From contig NC_057719.1 in NCBI RefSeq assembly GCF_004010195.1, positions 26,509,537-26,573,536 of the forward strand: a DNA stretch of 64,000 bases, given 5' to 3'. The position numbers were made by a program, and so were the translations under genes. Every line of letters begins with the position of its first letter. Position 1 is the stretch's first letter. Below the pieces are notes generated by a model, which did not search any database, was not told where the DNA came from, and worked only from the letters and a program-made list of their open reading frames with translations. Source of the DNA: Chiloscyllium plagiosum. Lineage: Eukaryota. Shown piece by piece: positions 12,262 through 23,954 of the stretch.

Positions 12262-15200
12262 CTAGCACAAAGAACAGCACAGGAACAGGCCCTTCAACCC
12301 ACCAAGACTGTGCCAACACATAATGCCTTCCCAATCTAAACATCTTTTGCCTCTATGCTGTCCGAATCCCTTTATTCCCTGCATATATCTATCAAGATAC
12401 CTTTTAATCACTGGCATTGAATCGCCTCCACCACCTCCTCTGACAGTACATTCCAGGCACTTACCACACTCCATGTAAAAAACTTGCCTCTGACATCTTT
12501 AAACCTTAAACCCTTTTACCTTGAACCTATGCCCTCTACTAATTGATGTTTCTACCCTGGGAAAAAGACTCCAACTATCCATTCTATCCATGCCTCTGAA
12601 ATTTTGTAAACTTCCATCAGGTGTCCCCTCAGCCTCTGATGTTCAAGTGAAAACAAGCCAAGTTTGTCCAACCTCTCCTCGTAGCTAATACCCTCCAAAC
12701 CAGGCAACATCCTGGTAAACTAATTCTGTACCATCTCCAAAGCCTCCACATCCTTCGAAAACTGTGGCAACTAGAAATACACAATATCCCAAACGTGGCC
12801 AAACTAAACTTCTTTACAGCTACAACATGACTTCGAGTCATAGTCATAGAGATGTACAGCATGGAAACAGACCCTTTGGTCCAACCCATCCATGCCGACC
12901 AAATATCCCAACCCAATCTAGTCCCACCTGCCAGCACCGGGCCCATATCCCTCCAAATCCTTCCTATTCATATACCCATCCAAATGCCTCTTAAATGTTG
13001 CAATTGTACCAACCTCCACCATTTCCTCTGGCAGCTCATTCCACACCTGTACCACCCTTTGTGTGAAAAAGTTGCCCCTTAGGTCTCTTTTATATCTTTC
13101 CCCCTCACCCTAAACCTATGCCCTCTAGTTCTGGACTCCCTGACCCCAGGGAAAAGACTTTGCCTCCTTACCCTATCTATGCCCCTCATAATTTTGTAAA
13201 CTTCTATAAGGTCACCTCTCAACCTCTGATGCCCCAGCCTGCACAGCCTCTCCCAATAGCTCAAATCCTCCAACCCTGGCAACATCCTTGTAAATCTTTT
13301 CTGAACCCTTTCAAGTTTCACAATATCTTTCTGATAGGAAGGAGACGAGAATTGCACGCAATATTCCAACAGTGGCCTAACCAATGTCCTGTACAGCCGC
13401 AACATGACCTCCCAACTCCTGTACTCAATACTCTGACCAATAAAAGAAAGCATACCAAACGCCTTCTTCACTATTCCATCTACGTGCGACCTCACTTTCA
13501 AGGAGATATGAACCAAGGTCTCTTTATTCAGCAACTTGCAAATTTTTATCCCCTATGCCTTGACCGATGAAGGCAAGCATGACATATGCCTCTTTGACCA
13601 TTTTCTTGACTTGTTGCTACTTTCAGGGAACTGTGGGAACAGAGGGGAAGCCTGGATCCCTCTGTGTGTTGCTGCTACTCAGGGTGCTACCATTTTCTGT
13701 ATATTTCTCTCCTCCATTAGATCTTCCAAAATGTATTATCTTGCATTTGTGCAAATTAAATTCCGTCTGCTATTTCTCTGCCCAAGTCTCCAGCCTATCT
13801 ATATTCTGCTGTATCCTCTGGCAAACCACCTCACTATCTGCAGCTCCTCCAAACTTTGCATCATCCACAAACTTACTAATTAGGCCACATTCTCCTCCAA
13901 ATCATTTATATGTATTATAAACAATGGAATCCCAGCATTAATCCCTGCGAACATAACTGTTCACAGAAAAACAACCTTCCACCTCTACTGTCTATCTTCT
14001 AGATAGAGAGTTCTGTGTCCATATGCCAGCTCACCATCGATCCCATGTGACTTCACCCTTTGTATCAGTCTGCCATGAAGGGTCTTATCAAAGCCTTGCT
14101 AAAGTCCATATAGACAACACCGCCCTGCCCACATCAATCATCTTTGTTAGTTCCTGAAAAACTTAATCAAGTTTGTGACACATGACTTTCACCACACAAA
14201 TCCATGTTGTCTATTGCTAATAAGTCCTTATTATTCTAAACAGTGAATAAACCATTTCCACAGAAAAGTTCTACAATAATATCCCTACCACTGGCATAAG
14301 GCTCACTGGCCTGTAATCTCCTGGATTATCCCAGCTGCCCTCTTAAGCAAGGGTCAAATGTTGATTATTCTTTTCTGGGACCTCTCCTGTGACTAAAGAA
14401 GATACAAAGATTTCTTACAAAGTCTGAGCGATTTCCTCAGTTGTTTCCCGCATCATTCTGGGATAGATACCATCAGGTCCTGGGGTCTTGTTTACCTTCA
14501 TGCTTTTCAAAATACCTAACACCTCCCTTTTTATATTGACATGCCCCAGAATATCAACATATACCCCTGAGTATCACCACCAACAATGACCTCCTTTGTG
14601 AATACCAATGCAAAGTACTCATTAAGGACCTCACCCACTTCCTCCAGCTCCATGCAAAAATTCCCTCATATGTCCTTGAGTAGACCAATCCTTTCTATAA
14701 CTTATCCTTTTGCTCCTTATATAAATATAAAAATTTAGGATTTTCCTTAATCCTATTTGCCAAAGACATTTCATGGCCCCTTTTAGCCCTCCTAATTCCT
14801 TTTTAAAGTTCTTTTATCTTTGTATCCTTTGAGGATTGTGTCTTCAATTTCTTAAACCTTACATATGTCTCGTTTTTCTTTTTGACTAAGCTCACCATTT
14901 CTCTTGTCATCGAATGTTCCCGAACCTTACCCATTCTTATCCTTCATTTTCACAAAAACATGCTGGTCCAGAACTTTAGTAACAGGTCTTTGAAAAATTT
15001 CCATTTTCAAGATATTGATTTATCCTCAAACAGCTGCTTCCCAATCTACATTTCCCAGTTCCTGCCTATTGTGGTGGTTGGCCATCTCCTGAATTAGTAT
15101 TTTCATCTGAGGACTACTCTTATCTTTATCCATAAGTAACTTAAAACTTAGAGAATAATGATCACTATAATGATCAAGTGGGAAAACGCGCCCCCACTGA

Positions 15201-15850
15201 AACTTTGATCACCTGACTGGATTCATTCCCCAATACCAGGTCTAGTATGGCCCTTTCCCTAGTTGGACATATCATATATTGTTTGAAAACTGTCCTGGAC
15301 ACATCTAACAAATCTCCCCATCTAAGCCCTTGACACTAACAGGTCCCAGTCAATGTAGGAGAAGTTATAATCACCCACCACAATAATTCTTTTTTTTACA
15401 CTTTTCCATATCCTATCCACATGTTTGTTCCTCCATCACCCACTGGTTATTGGAAGGCCAATAGTACAACCCCATCAAAGTGATTGCACCCTTCCTATTT
15501 CTGAGCTCTAACCATATAGCCTTGCTGGTTTGGTTCTCCAAGGAATCCTCCCTCTGCTGTGATTCTCCCTTAGCACTTACACAACTCTCCCACCTCATTT
15601 ACATTCATCTCTATCATGACCGAAACATATAAATCCGAGAATGTTAAGCTACCAGCCTTGTCTCTTTCTCAACTAAGTCCCCATAATAGCTACAACATCA
15701 CAGTTATCTGTATTAATTCAAGCTCTAAGTTAATTTGCCTCACCTGTCATGCATTAAAATACATACACCTCAGACCACCAGTCCCTCCTTATTCCCTCCT
15801 TTCCCTGTCTGTTAGTCCTCTTAGCCTTACAGGCCTCAGTCTCTGACTCC
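12262..15850 (-). mobile_element. Older CR1 LINE (decayed ORF2 from APE to 3' end)
   Basis: Minus-strand peptides such as AIWLELRNRKGAITLMGLYYWP (APE) plus decayed RT. Interrupted by a younger CR1. Confidence 0.8.
12833..13532 (-). mobile_element. Younger HER1/CR1 3' fragment nested in the older CR1
   Basis: ORF 13079-13534 reads LYRTLVRPLLEYCVQF..KLERVQKRFTRMLPGL, with a (ctatgact)n tail at 12835. Confidence 0.85.
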
Positions 15851-16419
15851 TCCTGGTCATTTTATGTTATACATAACTTCATAGCCCATAGGCCTCTAAC
15901 AATGTAAGAGAATGAGGCAGGACAGATTAGAACACTGGCAATGACCCTGAGAATATTGCCACCGCAATATCCTTAAACAGCACCAAAGGAAGCCATTCAT
16001 TTTGGTAACGTTATCAAACTAGTTATAATTCCTTACACTTTCTGTCTGAAGAGAAAAAGATTGCAGAATTAAATATTTATCTAATTCCCTTTTGAAGGTT
16101 ACTATTGAATCTGCGTCCACAATCCCTTCAGGCAGTGCATTCCAGGTCACAATGTTTTGTATAAATGAATGTTTCCTCATGTTGCCAATGGTGCTTTTCC
16201 AATTACCTTAAATTCCTGCCTGGTCATTAATGTTACTGCTGCTGGAAATGGTTTACCTTATTTATTCTCAGCCCCAATGAGTTTGAGTGCAGACTCTTTG
16301 AAGGACTCAATTTGAAACTGTTGAGCCCACCTCCCTTACAGATCATTTCCTTTTCTGTATGAGCCATTTAGCCTACATGCAAAGAAGATATGAAATGTTG
16401 GAGGTGTCAGTTTTGCATC

Positions 16420-16700
16420 AGTGGCCTCACAGCACCAGGGTCCCAGGTTCAGTTCCAGCCTCGGGCAACTGTCTGTGTGGTGTTTGCACATTCTCTCCAT
16501 ATCTGCATGGGTTTCCTCCGGGTGCTCCGGTTTCCTCCCATATTCCAAAGATCAGGTGAATTGGCCATGTTAAATTGCCCATAGTGTTAAGTGCATTAGT
16601 CAGAAGGAAATAGGTCTGGGTGGGTTACTCTTCAGAGGGTCGGTGTGGACTAGTTGGGCCGAAGGACCTATTTCCACATTGTAGGGAATGTAATCTAATT
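16420..16700 (+). mobile_element. HE1-like SINE
   Basis: gcctcacagcaccagggtcccaggttc head, gggtttcctccgggtgctccgg core and taatctaat tail. Confidence 0.8.
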
Positions 16701-17187
16701 TCCCCTCCGGTAGTTGAATATTAAAAAAAGCACAGCACCTGTTTAGTTTGGAAGAAATCTGTATGTGCACCTTGAAGAGGGGAGCGATACCATTCCATTG
16801 GAAAGTTGGAACTGCAAATTTTTCTCACCGAAGCAATACCATGAATGTTAAGCAATTGAACAAAGAGAAAGTTGCTCTCTTTTCATGGAACACCAATTGC
16901 GCCAAGTTTGCAATGAACCAGGCAATACTTGAGTATTAGTGAAAAAGTTAAAAAGTATGGTGCTGGTAAAGCGCAGCAAGCCAGGCAGGATCCGAGGAGC
17001 AGGAGAATAAGGCTGGTATGCCAAGCGGGCTGAGATAAAAGGTAGGGGAGAGGGAATTTAGGGGAGGGGCGCTGGGAATACGATAGGTGGAAGGAGGTGA
17101 GGGTGAGAGTGATAGGCCGGAGAGGGGTTGGGGGCGGAGAGGTCGGGAAGAAGATTGTAGGTCAAGAGGGCGGTGCTGAATCCGAGG

Positions 17188-17876
17188 NNNNNNNNNNNNN
17201 NNNNNNNNNNNNNNNNNNNNNNNNNNNNNNNNNNNNNNNNNNNNNNNNNNNNNNNNNNNNNNNNNNNNNNNNNNNNNNNNNNNNNNNNNNNNNNNNNNNN
17301 NNNNNNNNNNNNNNNNNNNNNNNNNNNNNNNNNNNNNNNNNNNNNNNNNNNNNNNNNNNNNNNNNNNNNNNNNNNNNNNNNNNNNNNNNNNNNNNNNNNN
17401 NNNNNNNNNNNNNNNNNNNNNNNNNNNNNNNNNNNNNNNNNNNNNNNNNNNNNNNNNNNNNNNNNNNNNNNNNNNNNNNNNNNNNNNNNNNNNNNNNNNN
17501 NNNNNNNNNNNNNNNNNNNNNNNNNNNNNNNNNNNNNNNNNNNNNNNNNNNNNNNNNNNNNNNNNNNNNNNNNNNNNNNNNNNNNNNNNNNNNNNNNNNN
17601 NNNNNNNNNNNNNNNNNNNNNNNNNNNNNNNNNNNNNNNNNNNNNNNNNNNNNNNNNNNNNNNNNNNNNNNNNNNNNNNNNNNNNNNNNNNNNNNNNNNN
17701 NNNNNNNNNNNNNNNNNNNNNNNNNNNNNNNNNNNNNNNNNNNNNNNNNNNNNNNNNNNNNNNNNNNNNNNNNNNNNNNNNNNNNNNNNNNNNNNNNNNN
17801 NNNNNNNNNNNNNNNNNNNNNNNNNNNNNNNNNNNNNNNNNNNNNNNNNNNNNNNNNNNNNNNNNNNNNNNNNNNN
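17188..17876. other. Assembly gap (689 N)
   Basis: Run of n characters. Confidence 1.
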
Positions 17877-17896
17877 CCGCTTGGCACACCAGCCTC

Positions 17897-17932
17897 ATTC
17901 CTGAAGAAAGGCTTATGCCCGAAACGTCGATT
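17897..17932 (+). ncRNA. Minimal hammerhead ribozyme motif (family A)
   Basis: auuc-CUGAAGA-aaggc uuau gccc-GAAA-CGUC-gauu. The catalytic boxes are intact, stem III is the palindrome ACGU, and stem I is weak. Confidence 0.6.
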
Positions 17933-18889
17933 CTCCTGCTTCTCGGATGCTGCCTGGCCTGCTGCGCTTTTCCAGCACCATACTTTTCAACTCTGGGCTC
18001 CAGCATCTGCAATCCTCACTTTCTCCTATTAGTGAAAAAGACAAATTTTATCAAAGCTTTTCATCTTGCATTTGCCAGGGCAATTTGTAAGAAATACTAA
18101 AGTAAAGGGAAAACAACAGTTACACCGTATGAGAGAAGATTGCTGATTGGTTGGCAAGTAAACTCTGATTGGTCGAGGCATTACCATGGAGAATACACCA
18201 CTTAATGATGACAGGCAAACTAATTGATAACCTTTATTTAAATTTTGAACTGGACAGGTTCAGTAGTTAATGAATTGCTCTGAAAAATGAACCAGAGAAT
18301 AGCTGTTATCCAGAGCCTGGGACAGGACAGTATATCAGGGTTCGTGAACTGGAGTTCTGAGATTGAACTTGCATGTACCGAGAAGATTCATATAGCAACA
18401 AACAAGGCTATCTTGTTTGCAGACAGAAAGAACATGTACACACATTACACCTGTTTTAATGCCACTAAATAGGTGACGGGCATTCTTGTGATATCACCTT
18501 ATCGAATCAGTGTTAACCTTTCTGGTTTAAAATTTAAACAAATATTTGCAGTTAACTGTCAGTCATCATGAACTGGTGCATTTGCCACTGATAACTCCTC
18601 CACCAATTAAAGTCCACTTGTCAACCAATCAGTGTTTACCTCTCATACAGTACAAATATTGTTTCCCCTGTGATATTTCTTGTGAATTCATGAGTGTAAG
18701 ATGAAATCATTTAAAAAAACGTGTCTGTTTTCAGCAATACTCAAATTCTATATTACCAAAACACACTCTGGCATGTTCACTTTACTTTTCTGTACAGTGC
18801 TGTTGGGAACTTTGACAGATTATTCCAAGTATGCCAAAGTTTTGCCTCATCTGCTACTGTGACTTATGGATGTTATCAATAGCATTTAC

Positions 18890-19185
18890 TCTTGTGGCAC
18901 AGTGTAAGAATATGGGATAAGCCATTCAGGATTGAGATGAGGAAGAATTTCTTCACTCAGAGAATTGTGAACCTGTGGAATTCACTACCACAGGAAGCTG
19001 TTGGGGCCAGTTCATTGGATATATTCAAGAGGGCCTTTGATTCTAAAGAGATCAAAGGGTATGACGAGAGAGGACAGGAATGTGATACTGACGTTGCATT
19101 ATTAGCTATGATCATATTGAATAGTGGTGCAGGCTCGAAGGGCCGAATGGTCTATTTCTGTATCTACTTTTTATGTTTCTATTTC
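18890..19185 (+). mobile_element. CR1 3' fragment
   Basis: RKNFFTQRIVNLWNSLPQEAV. Confidence 0.75.
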
Positions 19186-20539
19186 TTCTCAGATACCTTA
19201 AAACGTAGCAAATTGTGAAGCCTCCTGCACCTACAGGGACATGAAGCAACCTACTTGATCAAGATTCTTCCTGAGCAATTGACTTTTCAGGTGAAGCAGT
19301 GATGTGGGACTTGTGTGAGCATGGGTGCTTCTCTATTAGTTAGTCAGATTTGCCTTTGTTTTACCGTACCAAAAAAAGACTGGTCCTTAAATGACCTGCT
19401 ACTGCAGTTTAAGTAAAGGCAACAAGATTGGAGATCCTGCTTGGCCCTCACAGCACCAAATGGATTGAAATTGGCAACTGAAACTTTGCTGGGAGTAATT
19501 ATTGATCCTAATGTCGAGGGCTTTTAAGAATGTATGTGCTCCCATTTACTCAGTTTCAGTGGCTAGAGTCCCAACAGTGAAAAGTCCATCTCCAAATAAT
19601 GCTTAAGATAGAATGTATCAAAATGTTGCCGTTTTGCTCAATGCTCTGATTAAAGCTCATTGCCTAGTTTCAAGCAGACAGAATCTGAACATAATTTTAC
19701 TTAAGACTTCTTGAGCGCATAAGGATATAGATCACATATCACTAAATCCTTTGGGTCTAAAAACTCCCTGAAAATAGTGCTCAACAGATTTATTACTGTA
19801 TTCTTTACAGTAAAAGTGTTGATACTCGTGTTTAATGAGAAAAGCAGACCTAGCTCAAATTTTCAAGTGGTTCATTCACATGGCTCAGAAATACTATATT
19901 TCTAACCGATTACCGAAGGTGGAGGTGAAGGTTCTGATTTGAAAATGCAGTAATTTAAATAGAGTCACAAATCATATGTTTCAAAGTATTTAAAGGCTTT
20001 CCTTTCCGAGAATACTACCTCAACACTCTATTAGTTTACACCAAAGTCTCTTTTTATTTTGTATTTTGCAGAATAATTGTACCTTTTGCATGAATACACA
20101 TCCTGCTGTGGGGAATCATTACATTTGTTATACAATGTGAACTCAAAATGATGACTGTGGGAGTAAAAGTCACATTTTCTCCCAGATGAGCTCCTAAGGC
20201 TGTGTAGAAAGCCTTCCACAAAGCTTAAAGACATGGATATAATTCGAAGAGGCAACACTCACAAAATCACATTCAATCACTAATTGAAAATGATGATGAC
20301 TTACTGACAAAATTTATTCTTAATTCTCCAGAGCCACAATGAAATGCTCCAACAATGTTCCCACTATGATGCCCAAGGGTTTGGAATATCTGCTCAAGGT
20401 CGACAATAAATTGCTGTTGGTGGGTGGGGAGGGGAGCCAGTTGTTGTACTTACCAATGATGTAGGAAAAACTATGAAAGCTTTTGTCTAGGCTGTATAAA
20501 GAACAAGTCGTTAAATCAACAGGCAGAATGTCAAAAAGT

Positions 20540-21345
20540 GATCATCTCTGATTTATTAGCTGAGTCACATGTAAATTAGACTGGGATAAGGAAGATTAAA
20601 GTGTTGCATTTGAGACCCAAAGACCACAATGTGGGAGAAAGGGGTTCCAATTCATTGAAGTAGTATGGGGTGACAGGAGGGGCTGTACCATTGCAATGGA
20701 CCTTATCTGAACTATGCTGGGAGCAGGTGTTCCAGCATTCATATAATAAGGTTTTAAACTAAATAAAGAGGGAAAGGAATTGTGTAGCGGAAGATTGAGT
20801 GGGCCCCACAACGACATGACAAGACAAGATCAGGTAGCAATAAAGGTTATGGTAGAGTATGGAGGAAGGGACGGTGTTTGCAAACTCTTAGACAGATATG
20901 CCTTATGTGATGCTGTTGAGGGGATGGCCTCCCAAGGGAAAGTGACAACAGCCAAGTTTGTGGCACCCTCAGGATTGACTGTGCTGCATAGAAGGGGAGG
21001 AAACAGACTGGGAGGGTTTTAATGATCGTGAATTCAACTGGAAGGTGAACTGACAGGTCTTTCTGTGGCAGAAAGCAGGACTCTTGAATGGTATACTGCC
21101 TCCCTGGTGCCAGGGTCAGGGATGTCTCAGAACAGCTGGGCTTGGCATCTAAAGGCTGGCAACATTTGTAATAAAACTGATGACTTAGAAGTTCAAGTAA
21201 AAGTTTATACATATGACTGATGACCACGACAGATATGCGGCAGCAAGGAAACTAAGACCAGGAGCTCAATATGCAAGGCTAACATTCAGGAAGGACAGTA
21301 AGCTGGGAAAATGTAGTGGGGGATGTCTACTAGTTACAAAAGGTA
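20540..21345 (+). mobile_element. Decayed CR1 5' region (ORF1 esterase remnant)
   Basis: tgcctccctggtgccagggtcagggatgtctca (CLPGARVRDVS) is homologous to 24330-24370. Confidence 0.6.
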
Positions 21346-21359
21346 TTAATAATGTAGCC

Positions 21360-21480
21360 ATGATGTGGAGGGGCAGGTGTTGGTCTGGGGTGGACAAAGT
21401 TAAGAATCAGTTATAGTCCAACAGGTTCATTTGGAAGCGTTAGTTTTCAGAGCTCTGCTCCTTCATCAGGTAACTAGTGG
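21360..21480 (-). mobile_element. Family B PLE terminal fragment with a hammerhead motif (21441-21471, minus strand)
   Basis: Minus strand reads acCTGATGAaggagcagagctctGAAAacta. Confidence 0.7.
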
Positions 21481-21924
21481 GCCCCACTAGAGTCAAAGAT
21501 CAGGAAGCAGGGTTCTTTCATCTTATTTTACTGTCTTCATGTAGTTCCAAAGATAAAGGGAAATTAAGATTAAACAATAAGTGCATGAAATAAAGCCTGG
21601 GTTACATTGCCCTAAGAAAACCGTCAGTTGTCTACCCTCCTCTACCCATCAACTCTCCTTCTACCACCAATGACACCTATTTTCCAAAGAAGGTCTATAT
21701 GATTGCTCCAGCAGCCCTCCCTCACCATCACCACCTATGAGTGGACGTCCCAGGCCAAGTGCTCAAGCTCTCTTGCATAGTACCTTCCCTCACCATTGCA
21801 ACCTGCTGATGGAGGTCGCTCTGTACAATTCCATGCTTGAAACTTGCCGCGCCAGCACACTGACAGTTAAGCAGTTGCATGATTGCAGTTTCAATTACAG
21901 GAGAGTCAATGGCCTGGTCATGAT

Positions 21925-22285
21925 TGTAGGGGACTCAATGGCCTAGTGATTTTATCAATAGACTGTTATTCCAGAGACTCAGGTAATGTTCTGGGGATAC
22001 AAGTTTGAATCCTGCCACAGCAGATGGTAGAATTTGAATTGAATAAATATGTGGAATTAAGAGTCTAATGATGACTATGAATCCATTGTTGCTTGTTGTA
22101 AAAACCTACCTGTTTCACTAATGTCCTTGAGGGAAGGAAACTGCCATCCTTGCCTGGTCTGGCCTACATCTGACTCCAGACCCATAACAATGTAATTGAC
22201 TCTTAAGTGCTCTCTGGGGAAATTAGGAATGGGCAATAAATACTGACCTAGCCAGTGATGCCCCTCATGGATTAAAAAGAAATTG
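21925..22285 (+). mobile_element. SINE family B
   Basis: tRNA-like head (tggcctagtg...gtttgaatcc) and gggcaataaatact tail. Confidence 0.7.
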
Positions 22286-22329
22286 TGAATATTCAAGTTC
22301 ATATTAATGGCAGCAGATCTTCTTGTGTC

Positions 22330-23480
22330 ATTGACTTGGCCTAAGGGTTAAGGGTTGGGATGATATCAGCATTTGTTTGATAAGACTTTCTTAGCCCCTT
22401 AGCTGAATTGGCACCTTTCAAGGGATCCAGGTTCTGTGGTAGTCCACTTACTGTGGGCTTTAGGTTGACCAGGTCTCTAGGAATCATATAATTGATGGTG
22501 TGTGTAGCTTCAATTTCCATCTCCAGCCAAGTCCTCCAAGCATTGTTTTCCATGGCCAGAGTAGCTCTCCACACATTGGATACATCCCCTGGATTCACAG
22601 CAGCACCAATTAGCTGAAGTTGTCTGAAGTTCTCTGTCGAGAGAGGTGCTAAAGGTATGCTGACACCACACCTATCTGGACCAGGTTTGGATCCCACCTG
22701 TACATGTATCAGTGACACTCAGCTGATTCTTAGCCTGCAGGGAATTGGGTTCAGAGTGCTGCCTTTAACTTGGGATATGGCATCAGTCACAGTCCCCGCT
22801 ATCCAGGAAGGGATGGGTTCCCTCCCATGATCTGTCTTCTACCCCAAGCCATTACATTGCTTTTGCCTGATCTGTAATGGATCTGGAATCAAACCATTGG
22901 GTCTTTGTTGCTCTAAACTTGGTGGATATTTGAAAGTAGCTGAGTGGGTGGTTATGAGCGAACACTTCAAATTCTGCACCGATCAGCATTCTCTGGAAAA
23001 CTTGGAAATAGCTCATCTCAAAAACTAGCAGCTTGAGTTTGATACTGGAGTAATTCTCCATGTTCCTCTCATTCTGCATGTGACTCCAACTGGCATAAGT
23101 GATAAACACTCTTTTCTGCCCTCGAACCTGTGACAGCACCACTCCTAGACCAAGGAAACTGGTGTGGTTTCCAGTATAGAAGGGAATTGGAAATGTGGGT
23201 GGCCAAGGCCAGGTGACAAGACAGGTTTCTGTTTGAGATTGCAAAAGGAGTCTCCACGTCGGGGCTCAAACTCCCTGCGGATGCTCCGAGAAATATCATA
23301 TCTCACACAACCTGCAACATTCTTTGATTTCCCATGCATATTGTGAAATGGGGCAGCCAACTGTGTATGGCCTTGCTCAAACGTGTTACAGTAACCTGCT
23401 CCAATAAGGAACCCACACAGCTACTTCGCTGTTTGAGGTTGGCACCATCACTCAAATTTTTGCATTGTCAGGAGTAATAG
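22330..23480 (-). mobile_element. Ty3/Gypsy LTR-retrotransposon pol fragment (RT connection and RNase H), decayed
   Basis: SFLGLGVVLSQ..ITYAS..NERNMENYSSIKL..LIGAEFEVFAHNHPLSY is the Gypsy RNase H signature. Upstream QLAAPFH resembles the RT connection motif. Confidence 0.8.
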
Positions 23481-23954
23481 TAAAGTGCTCAATGTAAGGA
23501 TTCTTTATTCCACTGTTAGCAGGTAATTATAAACATGAAGGCAAATTCACGTTAAACAAGGAAGTATTTATGTCTTATGGTCTTATTTACAGTATGTACA
23601 TGAAATGAAGTGTATGGGTTATATTGGGCTGAGGAATCCTTTTTTGTCTACTCCTATTCCCATAGACGTCCTTCTGTCAGATACCCTCTTTTCCCACAAG
23701 CATCCATTCAACTGCTCCATCTTCCCTCTTTCGTCATCTCCACCTGCTGGTGGAGGTCCTGTCACCGATGTTGTGTACCTCCCTCACCATTGCCATTTGC
23801 TGCTGGAGTTGTTTATAGACTACAAAACAACAGTGATAAAATAAAGCACAGAAGTAATCTGAAAAGTTAAGGTGCATTTGAAGGAGAACGTACTGGCACA
23901 GATTAACAACTGAACTGGTTAACAGACAGAAAACAGATTGGGAATAACTATCGA

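Larger units (their letters stand above)
16948..18026. mobile_element. Inverted family A PLE insertion spanning the assembly gap, with a 14-bp TSD
   Basis: TSD tattagtgaaaaag at 16934-16947 and 18027-18040. The left part is the PLE 3' end on the minus strand and the right part is the same terminal repeat on the plus strand. Confidence 0.8.
16929..18744. repeat. Old ~720-bp fold-back element (family D), interrupted by the family A PLE
   Basis: Left arm (16929-16947 plus 18041-18265) is the reverse complement of the right arm (about 18505-18744), e.g. ctgattggttggcaagt / acttgtcaaccaatcag, with termini ttgagtatt / aatactcaa. Confidence 0.75.

Noticed and set aside
16948..18032. Long ORFs of 241-354 aa in the ORF track
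   Set aside because: They are artefacts of translating through the N gap.
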